Source: Paragordius varius (taxonomy: Eukaryota; Animalia; Nematomorpha). From it: a stretch of 64,000 bases of DNA. A model generated the notes under the pieces. That model did no database searches and was not told where the DNA came from. It worked only from the letters and a program-made list of their open reading frames with translations. Position 1 is the stretch's first letter. Each line of letters opens with the position of its first letter. Of the stretch, positions 63,459 through 64,000 are shown in pieces. A program made the position numbers and the translations under genes. The DNA lies in the NCBI GenBank assembly GCA_964247055.1, contig OZ176052.1, forward strand, positions 3,410,001 to 3,474,000, read 5' to 3'.

Positions 63459-64000
63459 ACCCAGCGGCCTATTTAATAAAAACTCCGCACTATATTTTCT
63501 CATAGAAAATCATTCATATTGAATGGCGTATTTAGTATAGGTAGGGTGGAGCCATACCCAGCGGCTAATTTTAAAAAATGCTTTTCGCTTGGAAAGTAGG
63601 TAAAACCATTGTGGAATGCATATAGCCTCAAAACTTGGGAAAGTCACATGTTTCTGCATAGTCGTGTTTATTATAGAGGATGTGACCCTATCCACGAATA
63701 ATAATTTCTGTTTAAACGGAAAATACATAAAATTAATTTTTATATTAAATAGTTTTCATATTTTGGACGAAAATTAGCTTTTCTGCGGTTTATTTTGCAG
63801 AGGGTCAAGCCCGACTCTACGGCTAATTTGAGGCTGAGCTAAATGTTTGCTTTTATATTGTAAATGCATAATACAACTATTTATTTTTAATAGTCTTATA
63901 ACTATGCTGAATAAATATTTTTGAAGAACTTGGTTTTTTTGCAATAAATGTATGGGTGGGTCATAAAGATAAGGGGATCATAAAGGGCCGACAATGATCG

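Noticed and set aside
63510-63728. 72-aa ORF as a pogo-like DDE remnant
   Set aside because: Only vague similarity (LLFVD) and no TIRs identified.

Overview
AT-rich eukaryotic (metazoan) genomic DNA; no prokaryotic features. I can reconstruct seven protein-coding genes by hand with phase-consistent GT-AG splicing: an orphan Pro/Arg/Ser/Tyr-rich gene (-), GEN1 (-), a Disabled/Dab PTB adaptor (+), a vasculin/GPBP1-like gene (-), an intronless ANKIB1 RBR E3 ligase (-), selenoprotein T with in-frame UGA and SECIS (+), and PHF14 (+). The rest is a 42/39-bp minisatellite, two TSD-bounded hAT elements, a decayed Ty3/Gypsy pol, many MITEs and inverted repeats, and (TA)n tracts. Most striking architecture: introns within about 500 bp of the start codon are nearly all 22-28 nt, while downstream introns are 74-1568 nt, and two gene pairs are head-to-head with only 50 and 99 bp between ATGs. 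One hAT element carries an inverted, heavily deleted copy of its own transposase gene, giving a hairpin geometry. Tiny introns and divergent animal proteins would fit a reduced parasite such as a myxozoan or dicyemid, but the species cannot be determined from this window. Gene names come from recalled motif similarity, not database searches.
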